Below are positions 25,193 to 35,059 of a DNA stretch of 64,000 bases, piece after piece. The DNA is from Solirubrobacterales bacterium (GTDB lineage: Bacteria > Actinomycetota > Thermoleophilia > Solirubrobacterales > JBBDJG01): assembly GCA_035650255.1 (NCBI GenBank), contig DASRIA010000086.1, forward strand, positions 1,682-65,681. The letters are read 5' to 3'. Position numbers and translations under genes: made by a program. Position 1 is the stretch's first letter; every line of letters begins with the position of its first letter. The notes beneath the pieces were generated by a model, which searched no databases, had not been told where the DNA came from, and worked only from the letters and a program-made list of their open reading frames with translations.

Positions 25193-26126
25193 CCGGGTCC
25201 CCCGTCTCCTCCCCGCCGGGCAGGACGCGGCCGATCCATGTCACTGCGGCTCCGGCCGCGGTGGCCGCACGTTCGATCTCCGCGCCGGCGGCGGGCGGGG
25301 CGGTGAACAGCAGCTCGTAGTCCTCGCCGGCGGTCGCCGCGAGCTCCAGCGGGTCGAGCCCGTGGTCGCGCGCGACCTCCGCGACGCCCTCCTCGACCGG
25401 CAGGTCCGCGAGGCGCACCTCGGCCGTCACGCCGCTGCGCTCGCAGATGCGCGCCGTATCTGAGGCGATCCCGTCGCTCACGTCGAGCATCGCGTGCACG
25501 CCCGCGGCCACGAGCGCCCGGCCGGCAGCAAGCTGCGGACGCGGGCGCAGGTGACGGTCGAGCAGGTGCTCGCCGGCCTGCGCATCCATCCCGGGGTGCT
25601 TGCGCTCCAGCAGCAGCCGGCCCGCGCCCGACCCGCCCAGCGTGCCGGTCACGCCGATCACGTCGCCGGGCGCTGCCGCGTCGCGTCGCGCAAGCTCCTC
25701 CTCGCTGCCGACGTAGCCCACGACCGTCACGGTGACGAACAGCTCGTCCGCGCGGGTCAGGTCTCCGCCGCAGATCACCACGTCGGTGGCGGCCGCGAGT
25801 GCGCCGGCGCCGTCGGCCAGCTCCAGCACCTCCCGCTCGCCCAGGTGGCCGGGCACGCCGAGGGCGATGTACGCCTCCCCGGGAACCGCGCCCATCGCGG
25901 CGAGGTCCGACAGCGATGCCGCGAGGCACTTGTGGCCGAGATCGCGCAGCGACGTGGTCACGAGCCGGAAGTGGACACCCTCCACGAACGAGTCGATCGA
26001 CGTCACGGCGATCGCGCCGCCGGGCCGCACCGCGGCGGCGTCATCGCCCGAGCCGACGACGACGCGGTCTCCGCTCGAGCCCAGCCGCTCGCGCATCTTC
26101 GCGATCAGGTCGAACTCGCTGATCAA
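25095..26126 (-). CDS. thiL: Thiamine-monophosphate kinase
   Basis: Internal TTG 26126 (TTGA overlap with the upstream stop) gives (M)ISEFDLIAKMRERL...GDDAAAV...DSFVEGVHF...GGDL....RGWDHF, the canonical ThiL layout. Confidence 0.85.
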   Translation of the reverse strand: MISEFDLIAKMRERLGSSGDRVVVGSGDDAAAVRPGGAIAVTSIDSFVEGVHFRLVTTSLRDLGHKCLAASLSDLAAMGAVPGEAYIALGVPGHLGEREVLELADGAGALAAATDVVICGGDLTRADELFVTVTVVGYVGSEEELARRDAAAPGDVIGVTGTLGGSGAGRLLLERKHPGMDAQAGEHLLDRHLRPRPQLAAGRALVAAGVHAMLDVSDGIASDTARICERSGVTAEVRLADLPVEEGVAEVARDHGLDPLELAATAGEDYELLFTAPPAAGAEIERAATAAGAAVTWIGRVLPGGEETGDPVRLLDADGRPCRLRGWDHFSPADAAPGSPGPA

Positions 26127-27508
26127 TATGGGGAAAACGGTTCGAGCGGCACGGCGATCACCATCATGTAAGCGCACAGCACGATGCTCGCGGCGACCAG
26201 CCGGCGATCCCCGCCGAGCGCGGCCAGCGGCAGCAGCCAGATCGCGTACCAGGGCACGAGCCACGCCGTCGTGAGGAGCACGCCGAGCGTCGCCCATCCG
26301 GCCGGGGCGATCCACCCGCCCGGCATGGCCCGGCGGCGCCACGCGGTGCGCAGCAGCAAGGCGACCGCGCCGATCAGCGCGAGCCCCAGCACCGCGCGCG
26401 TGTAATCGACCATGTCCGCGGCCGAGCCCCCGCCCAGCCCGGCGATCGCGTCGGCGCTGCGCTGCGGGATGCTCCAGCGGCTGGTGCGCTCCTGGTTGTC
26501 ACCCAGCAGGGCGAACGCCTCCAGCGCGCTGTCGCCGAACGCGATCAGCGCGACGGCGACCGCCAGCGCGGCACCGCCGATCGCGCCGGCCAGCAGCGCG
26601 CCCCGGCGGCGCGCGCCGATCAGCATGAAGGGCCCGAGCACCGCGGCCGAGACCTTCACGGCGCCGGACAGGGCGGTGAGGCCGCCGGCCAGGACCTCGC
26701 GGCCGGCCACCAGTGCGGCGACGCCGCCCATCCACAGGAGCACCGTGAGGGCGTCGTTGTGCGCGCCGCCGACGACGTGGACCAGCACGAGCGGGTTCAG
26801 GCCCACGATCAGCGCGGGCAGCCGTGGGTCGCGGCCGAGCCCGCGGGCGCACCGCCAGACCAGCGCCACGATCCCGAGGCTGGCGAGCGCGGCCACCGCC
26901 TTGAGGGTCCAGAACGCGAAGGGGGCACCGGTCTTCGCGAGCGGGAACGTCGCCACCGTGAACACGGGCCCGTAGACGCTGGTGAAGTCCTTCGACCCCG
27001 CAAACGGGTAGACCGCATCCCCCGGCGCGTCGCTGGGGCTGTGGGTGTACGGGTCGAGGCCGTGCACGACGTCGAGGCGCGCGTAGGCGATGTAGCTGAA
27101 CACGTCCTGCGAGAGCAGCGGCGGCGCCAGCAGGAACAGCACGTGCGCTGCAGCGATCGCGCCCGCGACGGTGCGCGTGCTGAACGCGCTCGCGTGCGCG
27201 AGCACGGCGCAGTAGGCGAGCAGCGCGATCCACAGCCCGGCGTAGAACAGCGGGCCGCCGAGGCCGCCGTCGGCGAATCCCGCCGCGAGCGGCTCGAACG
27301 GCCCCAGCAGCCAGTCGGGGGAGCCGCCGGCCGTGGTCGCCAGCACGACGTTCGAGCCGCGCGCCGCCCACAGGACAGCCAGCGCCACGTACGTGGCGCC
27401 CAGGACGCCGAGCGCTGCGCGGGCGCTACTGCCCGGGGCCGTTACCGGGCGCGGTCCCGGCTCCGCCGCCACCGTTGTCGGCGGGAGGGCTCCCGTTGGG
27501 CTCCCCAT
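26123..27508 (-). CDS. Polytopic GT-C-type glycosyltransferase (DUF2029/GT87-like, polyprenol-phosphate-sugar dependent)
   Basis: At least 9 TM segments. First-loop motif LLSQDVFSYIAYARL..HGLDPY is typical of mycobacterial PimE/Mpt-like mannosyltransferases. Start uncertain: 27508 overlaps the PBP 3' end by 83 nt, and GTG 27388 is an alternative. Confidence 0.55.
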   Translation of the reverse strand: MGSPTGALPPTTVAAEPGPRPVTAPGSSARAALGVLGATYVALAVLWAARGSNVVLATTAGGSPDWLLGPFEPLAAGFADGGLGGPLFYAGLWIALLAYCAVLAHASAFSTRTVAGAIAAAHVLFLLAPPLLSQDVFSYIAYARLDVVHGLDPYTHSPSDAPGDAVYPFAGSKDFTSVYGPVFTVATFPLAKTGAPFAFWTLKAVAALASLGIVALVWRCARGLGRDPRLPALIVGLNPLVLVHVVGGAHNDALTVLLWMGGVAALVAGREVLAGGLTALSGAVKVSAAVLGPFMLIGARRRGALLAGAIGGAALAVAVALIAFGDSALEAFALLGDNQERTSRWSIPQRSADAIAGLGGGSAADMVDYTRAVLGLALIGAVALLLRTAWRRRAMPGGWIAPAGWATLGVLLTTAWLVPWYAIWLLPLAALGGDRRLVAASIVLCAYMMVIAVPLEPFSPY

Positions 27509-29519
27509 AGAGACGCGGATCGTAGCCTTGGTAGCCGCCGCCCGTGGAGTCGCCGTAGTCGTACGACTGCCCGCCGATGCTGTACTCGGTGCCGCCCTTC
27601 GAGTACTTGCCGAAGAACGGCGACCAGCTGATCGTGCTCTTCGGCCGCGGGAAGTCGCTGCAGTTCTTGCCTTTCGCGACCTGCATGAACTTGTTCCAGA
27701 TCATCGCGGGGAACGTTCCGCCCGCGACCGAGATCCCGTGCACGCTGCGCATCTCCTTGAGCGCGTCCGGATACCCGACCCACACGGCCGTGGCGAGATG
27801 CGGCGTGAAGCCGTCGTACCAGGCGTCGTTGAAGTTGTCGGTGGTGCCGGTCTTGCCCGCCGACGGGCAGTTGATGTTGGCGCGGGTGCCGGTTCCCTGC
27901 GTCACGTTCTGCTTCAGGATCTTGGTGACCTCGTATGCCACCGCGTCCGAGAACACGCGCTCGCGCTTCGGCTTGCCCAGCTCCTCGACGTCGCCGTCGG
28001 GGAACTTCACGCGCAGGATCGCGATCGGCTTGTTGCGGATGCCGCCGGACGCAAGGGTCGCGTACGCGTTCGCCATCTCGAGCGGTGACACGCCCCGCTT
28101 CAGGCCGCCGAGGCCCTCGGCCGGGTAGCCGTCGAGCTTGGTCGTGATCCCCATCTCCTTCGCCGTGTCGGCGACGCTCTGCGGGCCGAGGTCGAGGTCC
28201 AGTTGCGCGTACACGGTGTTGTCCGACTTCAGCGTGGCGCGCGCCACGTTCATCGAGCCGCTGTAGGACTGGTCGTAGGTCTGCACCTTCCACGGGCCGT
28301 AGTCGCGGGTCTGGAGATCGAGCGGCCGGGACACGTAACTCGTCGAGTACGGGTTGACGCCGCGCTTCACGGCCGTCGTGAGGACGAACGTCTTGAAGGC
28401 AGAACCGGGCTGGCGGTGGCCCTGCGCCGCAAGGTTGTACTGGTTGTGCTTGTACTTGGAGCTCGACGCCATGGCCTTGATGTAGCCCGTGCGCGGATCG
28501 ATTGCGACGACCGCCGAGCTCGGGTCGCCCGCGTAGTTGAGCGTCGAGTCGATCGCGTTGCGGCCCGCAGTCTGGAGCTTCGGATCGATCGTCGTGTAGA
28601 TCTTCAGCCCGCCCTTGCGGACCGTGTTGACGCCGAACTTGTCGATCAGCTGCTGTTTGACGAAGTCGAAGAAGAACGGCTCGCGGATCTTTATGTAGAG
28701 GTCGCCGCGGCGCACGCCGAGCTTCGCGCGCCGGGCCTCCTGCGCGCGCGCGTGCGTGATGTAGCCGAGCTCGGCCATCTTCGAGAGCACCTTGTTGCGG
28801 CGCTCGAGCGCGTCGCGCTTGTTCTGGAACGGGTTCAGCCGGCTGGGCGCCTGCGGCAGGCCGGCGAGCAGCGCCGACTCCTCGAGCGTCAGGTCCTTGG
28901 CGGGCTTGTCGAAGAAGGTCTGCGCGGCCGCCTGGACGCCGACCGCGGTCTGGCCGTCGACCGTTCCGTAAGGCACCGAGTTGAGATAGCTCTGCAGGAT
29001 CCAGCGCTTGGAGTGCTGGTCCTCCAGCTCCTCTGCCAGGCGAGCCTCCCTGATCTTGCGCTCGAGCGTGCGCTCGCGGCCGACGTAGAGGTTGCGGACG
29101 AGCTGCATCGTGATCGTCGAGCCGCCCTCGACCGCCTTGCCCGCCTCGAGGTTCTTGAACGCGGCGCGCACGATGCCCTCGTAGTCGACGCCACCGTGCT
29201 CGTAGTAGCGCTCGTCCTCGATCGCGATGGTCGCCGCCTGCATGGACTCCGGGATGCGCTGGAGAGGGATCGGCGTCCTGATCTCGTCGGACTGGATGTA
29301 GCCCAGCCGCGAGCCGTCCGCGGCGAACACGACCGAGCTGGTGCCCTGGTCGATCGGCTTCAGCGTCTCGAGCGCCGGCGCCGACGCCGCCACCGAGAGC
29401 ACATAGCCGGCGCCGGAGAGCGCCGCGATCCCGCCGATCGCGAGCAACACGACCACGCCCAGCAGGAGCTTGCTGGGGCGGTGCCTGCGCCGGTGGCGCT
29501 GTCGCGCGCGATAGGTCAA
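27426..29519 (-). CDS. Class A penicillin-binding protein (transglycosylase plus transpeptidase, PBP1A-type)
   Basis: Internal TTG 29519 of track ORF 27426..30923; upstream of it the frame runs antisense through the + gene at 29637. Basic N-terminus plus TM LLLGVVVLLAIGGIAAL. GT51 motifs AIEDERYYEHGGVD, GGSTITMQLVRN, RKIREA. Transpeptidase SAFKTF...SDN...KTGTT. Confidence 0.88.
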   Translation of the reverse strand: MTYRARQRHRRRHRPSKLLLGVVVLLAIGGIAALSGAGYVLSVAASAPALETLKPIDQGTSSVVFAADGSRLGYIQSDEIRTPIPLQRIPESMQAATIAIEDERYYEHGGVDYEGIVRAAFKNLEAGKAVEGGSTITMQLVRNLYVGRERTLERKIREARLAEELEDQHSKRWILQSYLNSVPYGTVDGQTAVGVQAAAQTFFDKPAKDLTLEESALLAGLPQAPSRLNPFQNKRDALERRNKVLSKMAELGYITHARAQEARRAKLGVRRGDLYIKIREPFFFDFVKQQLIDKFGVNTVRKGGLKIYTTIDPKLQTAGRNAIDSTLNYAGDPSSAVVAIDPRTGYIKAMASSSKYKHNQYNLAAQGHRQPGSAFKTFVLTTAVKRGVNPYSTSYVSRPLDLQTRDYGPWKVQTYDQSYSGSMNVARATLKSDNTVYAQLDLDLGPQSVADTAKEMGITTKLDGYPAEGLGGLKRGVSPLEMANAYATLASGGIRNKPIAILRVKFPDGDVEELGKPKRERVFSDAVAYEVTKILKQNVTQGTGTRANINCPSAGKTGTTDNFNDAWYDGFTPHLATAVWVGYPDALKEMRSVHGISVAGGTFPAMIWNKFMQVAKGKNCSDFPRPKSTISWSPFFGKYSKGGTEYSIGGQSYDYGDSTGGGYQGYDPRLYGEPNGSPPADNGGGGAGTAPGNGPGQ

Positions 29520-29636
29520 GTGATCTAAGTGCGGCGCCCTTGGGTTCGGATCCAGCGCCTCGGTCCCTGCCAGGGAGTGAGAAAGCGAGTATAGACCTGC
29601 AAAATCGGCTCTCCGCCGGGTGTTAGACTCGGCCGC

Positions 29637-31838
29637 GTGGCGGTGGACGAGAGGGTCACCTTCTGTCGCATCTGCGAGCCGTTGTGCGGCATGGTCGCCA
29701 CGGTCGAGAACGGCCGCCTGACCCAGCTCCGCCCCGACCGCGAGCATCCCCTGTCGCAGGGCTATGCCTGCCCGAAGGGCATCGCGATGGCCGACGTGCA
29801 GAACGACCCCGACCGCGTCGTCCATCCACTGAAGCGGACCGGCGGCCCGGGGGAGTTCGAGCCGGTCACGTGGGAGGAGGCGATGAGCGACATCGCCGCC
29901 CGCCTGCGGGCAATCATCGACCGCCACGGCAGCCAGTCGGTCGGCTGGTACATGGGCAACCCCGGCGCGTTCAGCTACAGCCACACGCTGTGGGCCAAGG
30001 GCTTCCTCGACGGGCTCGGCAGCCCGCACTACTACTCCGCCGGATCGCAGGACGTGAACAACCGGTTCGCGGCGTCGGCGCTGCTGTACGGCTCGCCGCT
30101 GCTCGTGCCGATTCCCGACCTCAACCGCACCGACTTCCTCTTCATGGTCGGGGCAAACCCGCTCGTCTCGCACGGCTCCGTGCTCTCCGCACCCCGCGTG
30201 CGCGAGGGGCTGAACGCGGTGGTGGACCGGGGCGGGCGCATCGTCGTGGTCGATCCCCGCCGCTCCGAGACCGCGCGCCAGTTCGAGCACGTGCCGATCC
30301 GCCCCGACACCGATGCCTGGCTGCTGCTCGGGATGCTGCACGTGATCTTCGCCGAGGGCCTTGCCGATCGCGCGGCGATCGCGCGCCAGGCGCGCGGCGT
30401 GGAGGCCCTGGAGGCGCACGCGGCGCGCTTCGACCCAGAGCGCACCGCAGCGGTCACCGGCGTGCCCGCCGCGACGGTGCGCGAGCTTGCGCGCGCGTTT
30501 GCGGCCGCGCCGAGCGCGGCGGCGTACGGCCGCACCGGCTCGTGCCTCGGCCGCTTCGGCACGCTGGTCGCCTACCTGCTCGACGCGTTGAACGCCGTCA
30601 CCGGGAATCTCGACAAGCCGGGTGGAGCGGTGTTCGGGCGCCCGCCGATCGCGCTCGACGAGATCGCCGAGAAGGCGGGTCTCGCCACGTACGGCCAGGA
30701 GCGGTCGCGCATCGGCGGCTTCCCCGACGTGATCGGCAATCTCCCCGCGACGCTGATCCCGGAGGAGATCACCACTCCCGGCGAGCGTCAGCTCCGTGCC
30801 TTCTTCGTCTCGGCCGGGAACCCCGTGCTGTCCGTTCCCAACGGGAAGGCGATCGCGGACGCCTTCGAGCAGCTGGACCTGCTGGTCTCGCTCGACTTCT
30901 ATGTGAGCGACACGAGCCGGCACGCGGACTACGTGCTGCCCGCGACCACGTTCCTCGAGCGCGAGGACGTGCCGGTCGCGTTCCTCGGTTTCTTCAGCAC
31001 GCCGTTCATGCAGGTCACGGAGGCCGTCGTGCCGCCGCGTGGCCAGGCGCGCCAGGAGTGGCGCATCATCGACGACCTCTCGCGCCGGATCGGCGTCGCG
31101 CCCTACTCCTTGAAGCCGCTGCGCACCCTCGCGCGGCTGGGCTACCGCATCTCGCCGCGCCGCCTGATCGACGCGGTCCTGCGCACCGGTCCGGCAGGCG
31201 ACTGGTTCGGCCTCAAGCCCGCCGGCCTCTCGCTCAAGAAGGTCGCGCGCTCACCCCACGGCATCGTGCTGGGCGATCATCTCCAGACCGGCGTGCTGGG
31301 TGACCGCGTGCGCCACCCCGACCACCGCGTGCACGTCGGTGACCCCACGGTGCTGGCCGAGGTCGAGCGGCTCGAAGGCGCGAACGGCGCCGGGCCGCAG
31401 TTCCCGCTCAGCCTGATCGGGCTGCGCGAGCTGCGCTCCCACAACTCCTGGATGCACAACTCGCCGCTGCTCATGCGCGGCGGGCGCACGCACGCGTTGC
31501 GGATGCATCCCGACGACGCCGCGGCAGCGGACCTCGCCGACGGCGAGGCCGCCCGCATCACGTCCGCATCGGGGGCGATCGAGGTGCCCGTCACGATCAC
31601 CGACGAGATGACGCCCGGTACCGTGGCCCTGCCGCACGGATGGGGTCACCGCGGGGGCGGCTGGAAGCTCGCCAACGAGGCAGGCGGGGCGAACGTGAAC
31701 GAGCTTGCGCCGCACGGGGTGGAGAGCCTCGAACGGCTGGCAGGAATGGCCCACCTGAACGGCATCCCCGTGCGCGTGGAGGCGGTCGCCGCGGCCCCGC
31801 GGGAGCACGCCGCCGAACCGGCCTCCGCCGCCGTCTAG
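29637..31838 (+). CDS. Molybdopterin (bis-MGD) oxidoreductase-family protein with an N-terminal 4Fe-4S motif
   Basis: CRICEPLCG...CPKG cluster motif, then a typical Mo-bisPGD fold layout and a C-terminal ...ALPHGWGH... barrel. Substrate unknown. Confidence 0.85.
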   Translation: MAVDERVTFCRICEPLCGMVATVENGRLTQLRPDREHPLSQGYACPKGIAMADVQNDPDRVVHPLKRTGGPGEFEPVTWEEAMSDIAARLRAIIDRHGSQSVGWYMGNPGAFSYSHTLWAKGFLDGLGSPHYYSAGSQDVNNRFAASALLYGSPLLVPIPDLNRTDFLFMVGANPLVSHGSVLSAPRVREGLNAVVDRGGRIVVVDPRRSETARQFEHVPIRPDTDAWLLLGMLHVIFAEGLADRAAIARQARGVEALEAHAARFDPERTAAVTGVPAATVRELARAFAAAPSAAAYGRTGSCLGRFGTLVAYLLDALNAVTGNLDKPGGAVFGRPPIALDEIAEKAGLATYGQERSRIGGFPDVIGNLPATLIPEEITTPGERQLRAFFVSAGNPVLSVPNGKAIADAFEQLDLLVSLDFYVSDTSRHADYVLPATTFLEREDVPVAFLGFFSTPFMQVTEAVVPPRGQARQEWRIIDDLSRRIGVAPYSLKPLRTLARLGYRISPRRLIDAVLRTGPAGDWFGLKPAGLSLKKVARSPHGIVLGDHLQTGVLGDRVRHPDHRVHVGDPTVLAEVERLEGANGAGPQFPLSLIGLRELRSHNSWMHNSPLLMRGGRTHALRMHPDDAAAADLADGEAARITSASGAIEVPVTITDEMTPGTVALPHGWGHRGGGWKLANEAGGANVNELAPHGVESLERLAGMAHLNGIPVRVEAVAAAPREHAAEPASAAV

Positions 31839-31847
31839 CTGACCACC

Positions 31848-32576
31848 GTGCCTTTGCCGGCCGGCTCAGGCGGTTACGACGCCGTGCTGTTCGATGCGCT
31901 CGGCACCCTCGTGGAGCTCGAGCCCCCGTGGCCGCTGCTGCAGGCCGCCCTGGCCGCGCGCGGGGTCCAGGTCGATCAGGAGCAGGCGAAGGAGGCGATG
32001 CTGGCCGAGATGAGGTACTACCGCGCGCACCACATGGACGGCCGGGACGAGCCCTCGCTCGGCGAGCTGCGCGGGCGCTGCGCGGCGGTGCTGCGGGAGC
32101 ACCTGCCGTCCTCCGTCGCGGATCTCACGCCGGAAGACCTGGTCGACGTCCTGATGCTCGCGATCCGCTTCCAGCCCTACCCCGATGCGGCGCCGCTGCT
32201 CGGGCGGCTGCGGCACTTCGGCATCCGGACCGCGGTGGTGTCGAACTGGGACGTCTCCCTGCGCAGGATCCTGGGGGAGATCGGTCTCGGCGGCCTGGTC
32301 GACGAGATCGTGGTCTCCGCGGAGGCCGGCGTCCCGAAGCCTGCGCCGGAGATCTTCGAGATGGCGCTGCGAAAGCTACGATGCCCCGCGCGCGCGGCTC
32401 TGTTCGTCGGCGACTCACCCGAGACGGACATCGCGGGCGCGCAGCGCGCCGGACTGCGCGCCGTGCTGATCGATCGCACAGGCGCCGGGGGCAGTGGCGT
32501 CGAAGTGGAGTGCGTCAGCAGCCTCGAGAGCATTGCCGGGCTGCTCGCGCCACCGTCCCCTCTATCCGGCACATGA
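31848..32576 (+). CDS. HAD-superfamily hydrolase, subfamily IA
   Basis: Motif I AVLFDALGTL, motif II VVSNW, motif III/IV KPAPEIF...FVGDSPETDI. Confidence 0.8.
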   Translation: MPLPAGSGGYDAVLFDALGTLVELEPPWPLLQAALAARGVQVDQEQAKEAMLAEMRYYRAHHMDGRDEPSLGELRGRCAAVLREHLPSSVADLTPEDLVDVLMLAIRFQPYPDAAPLLGRLRHFGIRTAVVSNWDVSLRRILGEIGLGGLVDEIVVSAEAGVPKPAPEIFEMALRKLRCPARAALFVGDSPETDIAGAQRAGLRAVLIDRTGAGGSGVEVECVSSLESIAGLLAPPSPLSGT

Positions 32577-33310
32577 CCAACGGACACGACCCGCAGGACT
32601 TCTCCGGCCTACCGAGCCCGCCGCCGGGCGAGCTCCCGCCCGAGCGCCGGCTGACCGCCTCCAAGGGGCTGATCGGGTTCCTCCTCGCGATCGTCGCGAC
32701 GTTCTTCCTGGCCGGCATCGCGGGCGCCGGCATCGCCATCGCCGGGGGCGACCTCGACGGCCGCGGCTTCATCTTCGTGGGGACGCTGATCCAGGACGGG
32801 GCGTTGATCGCGGCCGCCTTCTTCATCACCGCCGACCTGGGGCGGACCACCGGGCGGACCTTCGGCCTGCGTCCCTTCCAGCGGTCCGCGTTCAAGTGGC
32901 TGGTGGCGGCGTTCTTCGCCTACTACGCGCTGGCGATCGTCTACGCGCTGATCTTCAGCCCGCCCGAGGAGGAGCTGCCGAAGGAGCTGGGCGCCGAGGA
33001 CAGCGTCGGCCTCGCGATCGCAACCGGAGTCCTGCTGATCGCGATCGCGCCCATCGCGGAGGAGGTCTTCTTCCGCGGTTTCCTCTACCAGTCGTTTCGC
33101 AACAGCTTCGGCGTGTGGCCGGGGGCGATCCTGAGCGGGCTCGTCTTCGGCGTCATCCACCTCGAGTTCTTCAAGCTCGTGCAGCTCGCGATCCTGGGAG
33201 TGATCCTGGCGCTGCTGTTCGAGAAGACGCGCTCGCTGTGGCCGCCGATCATGCTGCACGCGATCAACAACACGCTGGCATTCATCTATCTGATGTCCGA
33301 CTCCGGCTGA
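32573..33310 (+). CDS. CPBP-family (CAAX/Abi) intramembrane glutamic protease
   Basis: ATG 32573 lies in an ATGA overlap with the HAD stop (internal to track ORF 31640..33310). Motifs IAEEVFFRGFLY, FGVIH and MLHAINN within about 6 TM segments. Confidence 0.8.
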   Translation: MTNGHDPQDFSGLPSPPPGELPPERRLTASKGLIGFLLAIVATFFLAGIAGAGIAIAGGDLDGRGFIFVGTLIQDGALIAAAFFITADLGRTTGRTFGLRPFQRSAFKWLVAAFFAYYALAIVYALIFSPPEEELPKELGAEDSVGLAIATGVLLIAIAPIAEEVFFRGFLYQSFRNSFGVWPGAILSGLVFGVIHLEFFKLVQLAILGVILALLFEKTRSLWPPIMLHAINNTLAFIYLMSDSG

Positions 33311-33323
33311 CGCCCGGCCGGTG

Positions 33324-34457
33324 TTACGGCGCGGCGACGGCCTGCGGGCGGCTGCGCTTGCGCGTGTTGCTCGCGCGGCGGTAGCGGTCGAGCACGCGCG
33401 TGGCGTGCTCGTAGCCCTGGAGGATCAGGCGCGGCCACTTGCGGCGGTCGATGAAGAGGTCGTAGAAGCGCCAGCCGTGCACCTCGGTGAAGTCGACCGG
33501 GTCGATCAGGATCAGCTTGCGGCCCAGCCGGCGCGCGCTGCGGCGGGCCAGCTCCAGGTGACCGGCGTAGCTGATCTGCCGGCTCGCGGTCATGAAGCCC
33601 ATCGTGCGCTCGGTCCAGCCCGAGATGTCCTCGCCCTCGAACCCGCGGGGCAGGATCGTGTTGACGCCGACGACGACGTCGAGGCGCTCGTGCTCGAGCA
33701 GCGGCTCCGCGGGAAAGACGTCCACGACGCCCCCGTCCGCGTACAGATGCCCGTCGACGCGCACCGACTCGACCAGCAGCGGCAGCGCGATCGCGATCCG
33801 CACGAGCTCGGCGATGGTCAGGTTGGGAGTCAGCTTGGACCCGAAGGTCTCGAGCCGGTTGAGGTCGATGTTGTAGACCTCGGAGTAGATCGGGATGGGC
33901 GACTCGCCGAGCGTCATGTGCCACAGCTGGCGGTCGAACAGCTTCTCGATCGCCTCGCCCTTCGCCAGGCCCGTGAACCCGCGCATCGCGGCCATCGCGA
34001 ACCTCGGCAGCCGCGTCCACTGGATGTCGAGGTAGTCCTCGGGCTGCCAGTTGAGCGACTGGTTCACCATCTCCTGCGCGGTCAGCCCCGACGCCATCAT
34101 CGACCCCCACAGCGCGGAGCCCGAGCAGACCGAGATCGCCTGCGGCTCGATGCCGGCCTCCTCCAGGGCGCGAGCGACTCCGACGGCCGACACGCAGGCC
34201 CCGCTGCCTCCGGAGAGCAGCAGGCCGACTTTCTTGTTGCGCAGCGAAGGGATCGGGCGCGCCTTGAACGGCGGGAAGATCCTGGTCTGGGCCTTCTCGG
34301 GGCGGTCGACGAACGGCAGCGGCAGGAGCGCGCGCCGCGCGGTGCGGGCGGCGTCGACGTTGGAGACGAATCGCGTCCCCAGCGCCCGCACGTCGTCGAG
34401 CCGGGAGACCTGCTGCTTGAGGTTGAACGGGTCCAGCGAGTCCAGCGGCGAGCGCAT
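33324..34457 (-). CDS. Patatin-like phospholipase-family protein
   Basis: VGLLLSGGSGACVSAVGV (oxyanion Gly-rich motif), VCSGSALWG (nucleophile-elbow-like) and a later ADGGVVDV (DG[AG] motif). Confidence 0.7.
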   Translation of the reverse strand: MRSPLDSLDPFNLKQQVSRLDDVRALGTRFVSNVDAARTARRALLPLPFVDRPEKAQTRIFPPFKARPIPSLRNKKVGLLLSGGSGACVSAVGVARALEEAGIEPQAISVCSGSALWGSMMASGLTAQEMVNQSLNWQPEDYLDIQWTRLPRFAMAAMRGFTGLAKGEAIEKLFDRQLWHMTLGESPIPIYSEVYNIDLNRLETFGSKLTPNLTIAELVRIAIALPLLVESVRVDGHLYADGGVVDVFPAEPLLEHERLDVVVGVNTILPRGFEGEDISGWTERTMGFMTASRQISYAGHLELARRSARRLGRKLILIDPVDFTEVHGWRFYDLFIDRRKWPRLILQGYEHATRVLDRYRRASNTRKRSRPQAVAAP

Positions 34458-34504
34458 CGGGACCTTCCGGTGGGGGGCAGCGGCGGCACTAGGATAGCGG
34501 CGCC

Positions 34505-35059
34505 TTGAGCCCCCGCGAGCGCCTCCTCGACACGTTGCGGACCCATGCTCTCGTCATCGGCGAGGTGACCCTCGCCAGCGGGCGCACCGCCCAGTACTAC
34601 GTGGACGCGCGCCGCGCGCTCCTGACCCGGGCCGGGTTCACGGCGGCGGGCGAGCTGGTCGCGGCTGAAGCCGAGCGGCTCGGGGCCGCGGCGGTGGGCG
34701 GGCCGACGCTGGGAGCCGACCCGATCGCGTGCTCGGTGCTGTGCGCGTCCGACCGCCTGAAGGCCTTCTTCGTCCGCAAGGAGCGCAAGGAGCACGGGCT
34801 GCAGCGCTGGATCGAGGGACCGCCGATCGAGGCAGGGGAGCGCGCCCTGGTCGTGGAGGACGTCGTCACGTCAGGCGGGTCGCTGGTCGACGCCATCGAG
34901 CGGCTGCGGGAGGAGGGAGTGGCGCTGGCCGGCGCGCTGACAGTGGTGGACCGGCTGGCGGGAGGCGCGGCCGCGATCGAAGCGGCCCTGGGACCGGACG
35001 CCCCGTACATCTCCCTGTTCACGATCGACGACGTGTATCCGGACCGGCCCGACCGCTAG
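34505..35059 (+). CDS. pyrE: Orotate phosphoribosyltransferase
   Basis: GEVTLASGRTAQYYVD...VGGPTLGADP...ALVVEDVVTSGGS (PRPP-binding motif). 184 aa. Confidence 0.92.
   Translation: MSPRERLLDTLRTHALVIGEVTLASGRTAQYYVDARRALLTRAGFTAAGELVAAEAERLGAAAVGGPTLGADPIACSVLCASDRLKAFFVRKERKEHGLQRWIEGPPIEAGERALVVEDVVTSGGSLVDAIERLREEGVALAGALTVVDRLAGGAAAIEAALGPDAPYISLFTIDDVYPDRPDR

Noticed and set aside
29520-29636. Possible Moco riboswitch or other leader upstream of the molybdopterin oxidoreductase
   Set aside because: Only a short hairpin (tccct-gcc-aggga) is visible. I cannot match the conserved Moco-motif core by eye, and the 117-bp region is also the divergent promoter region of the PBP gene. A covariance-model scan would be needed.
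29520-30923. 468-codon N-terminal extension of the PBP ORF (track 27426..30923, 1165 aa)
   Set aside because: The extension runs antisense through the molybdopterin oxidoreductase gene and has no PBP-like sequence. The basic N-terminus plus TM anchor of class A PBPs begins at TTG 29519.
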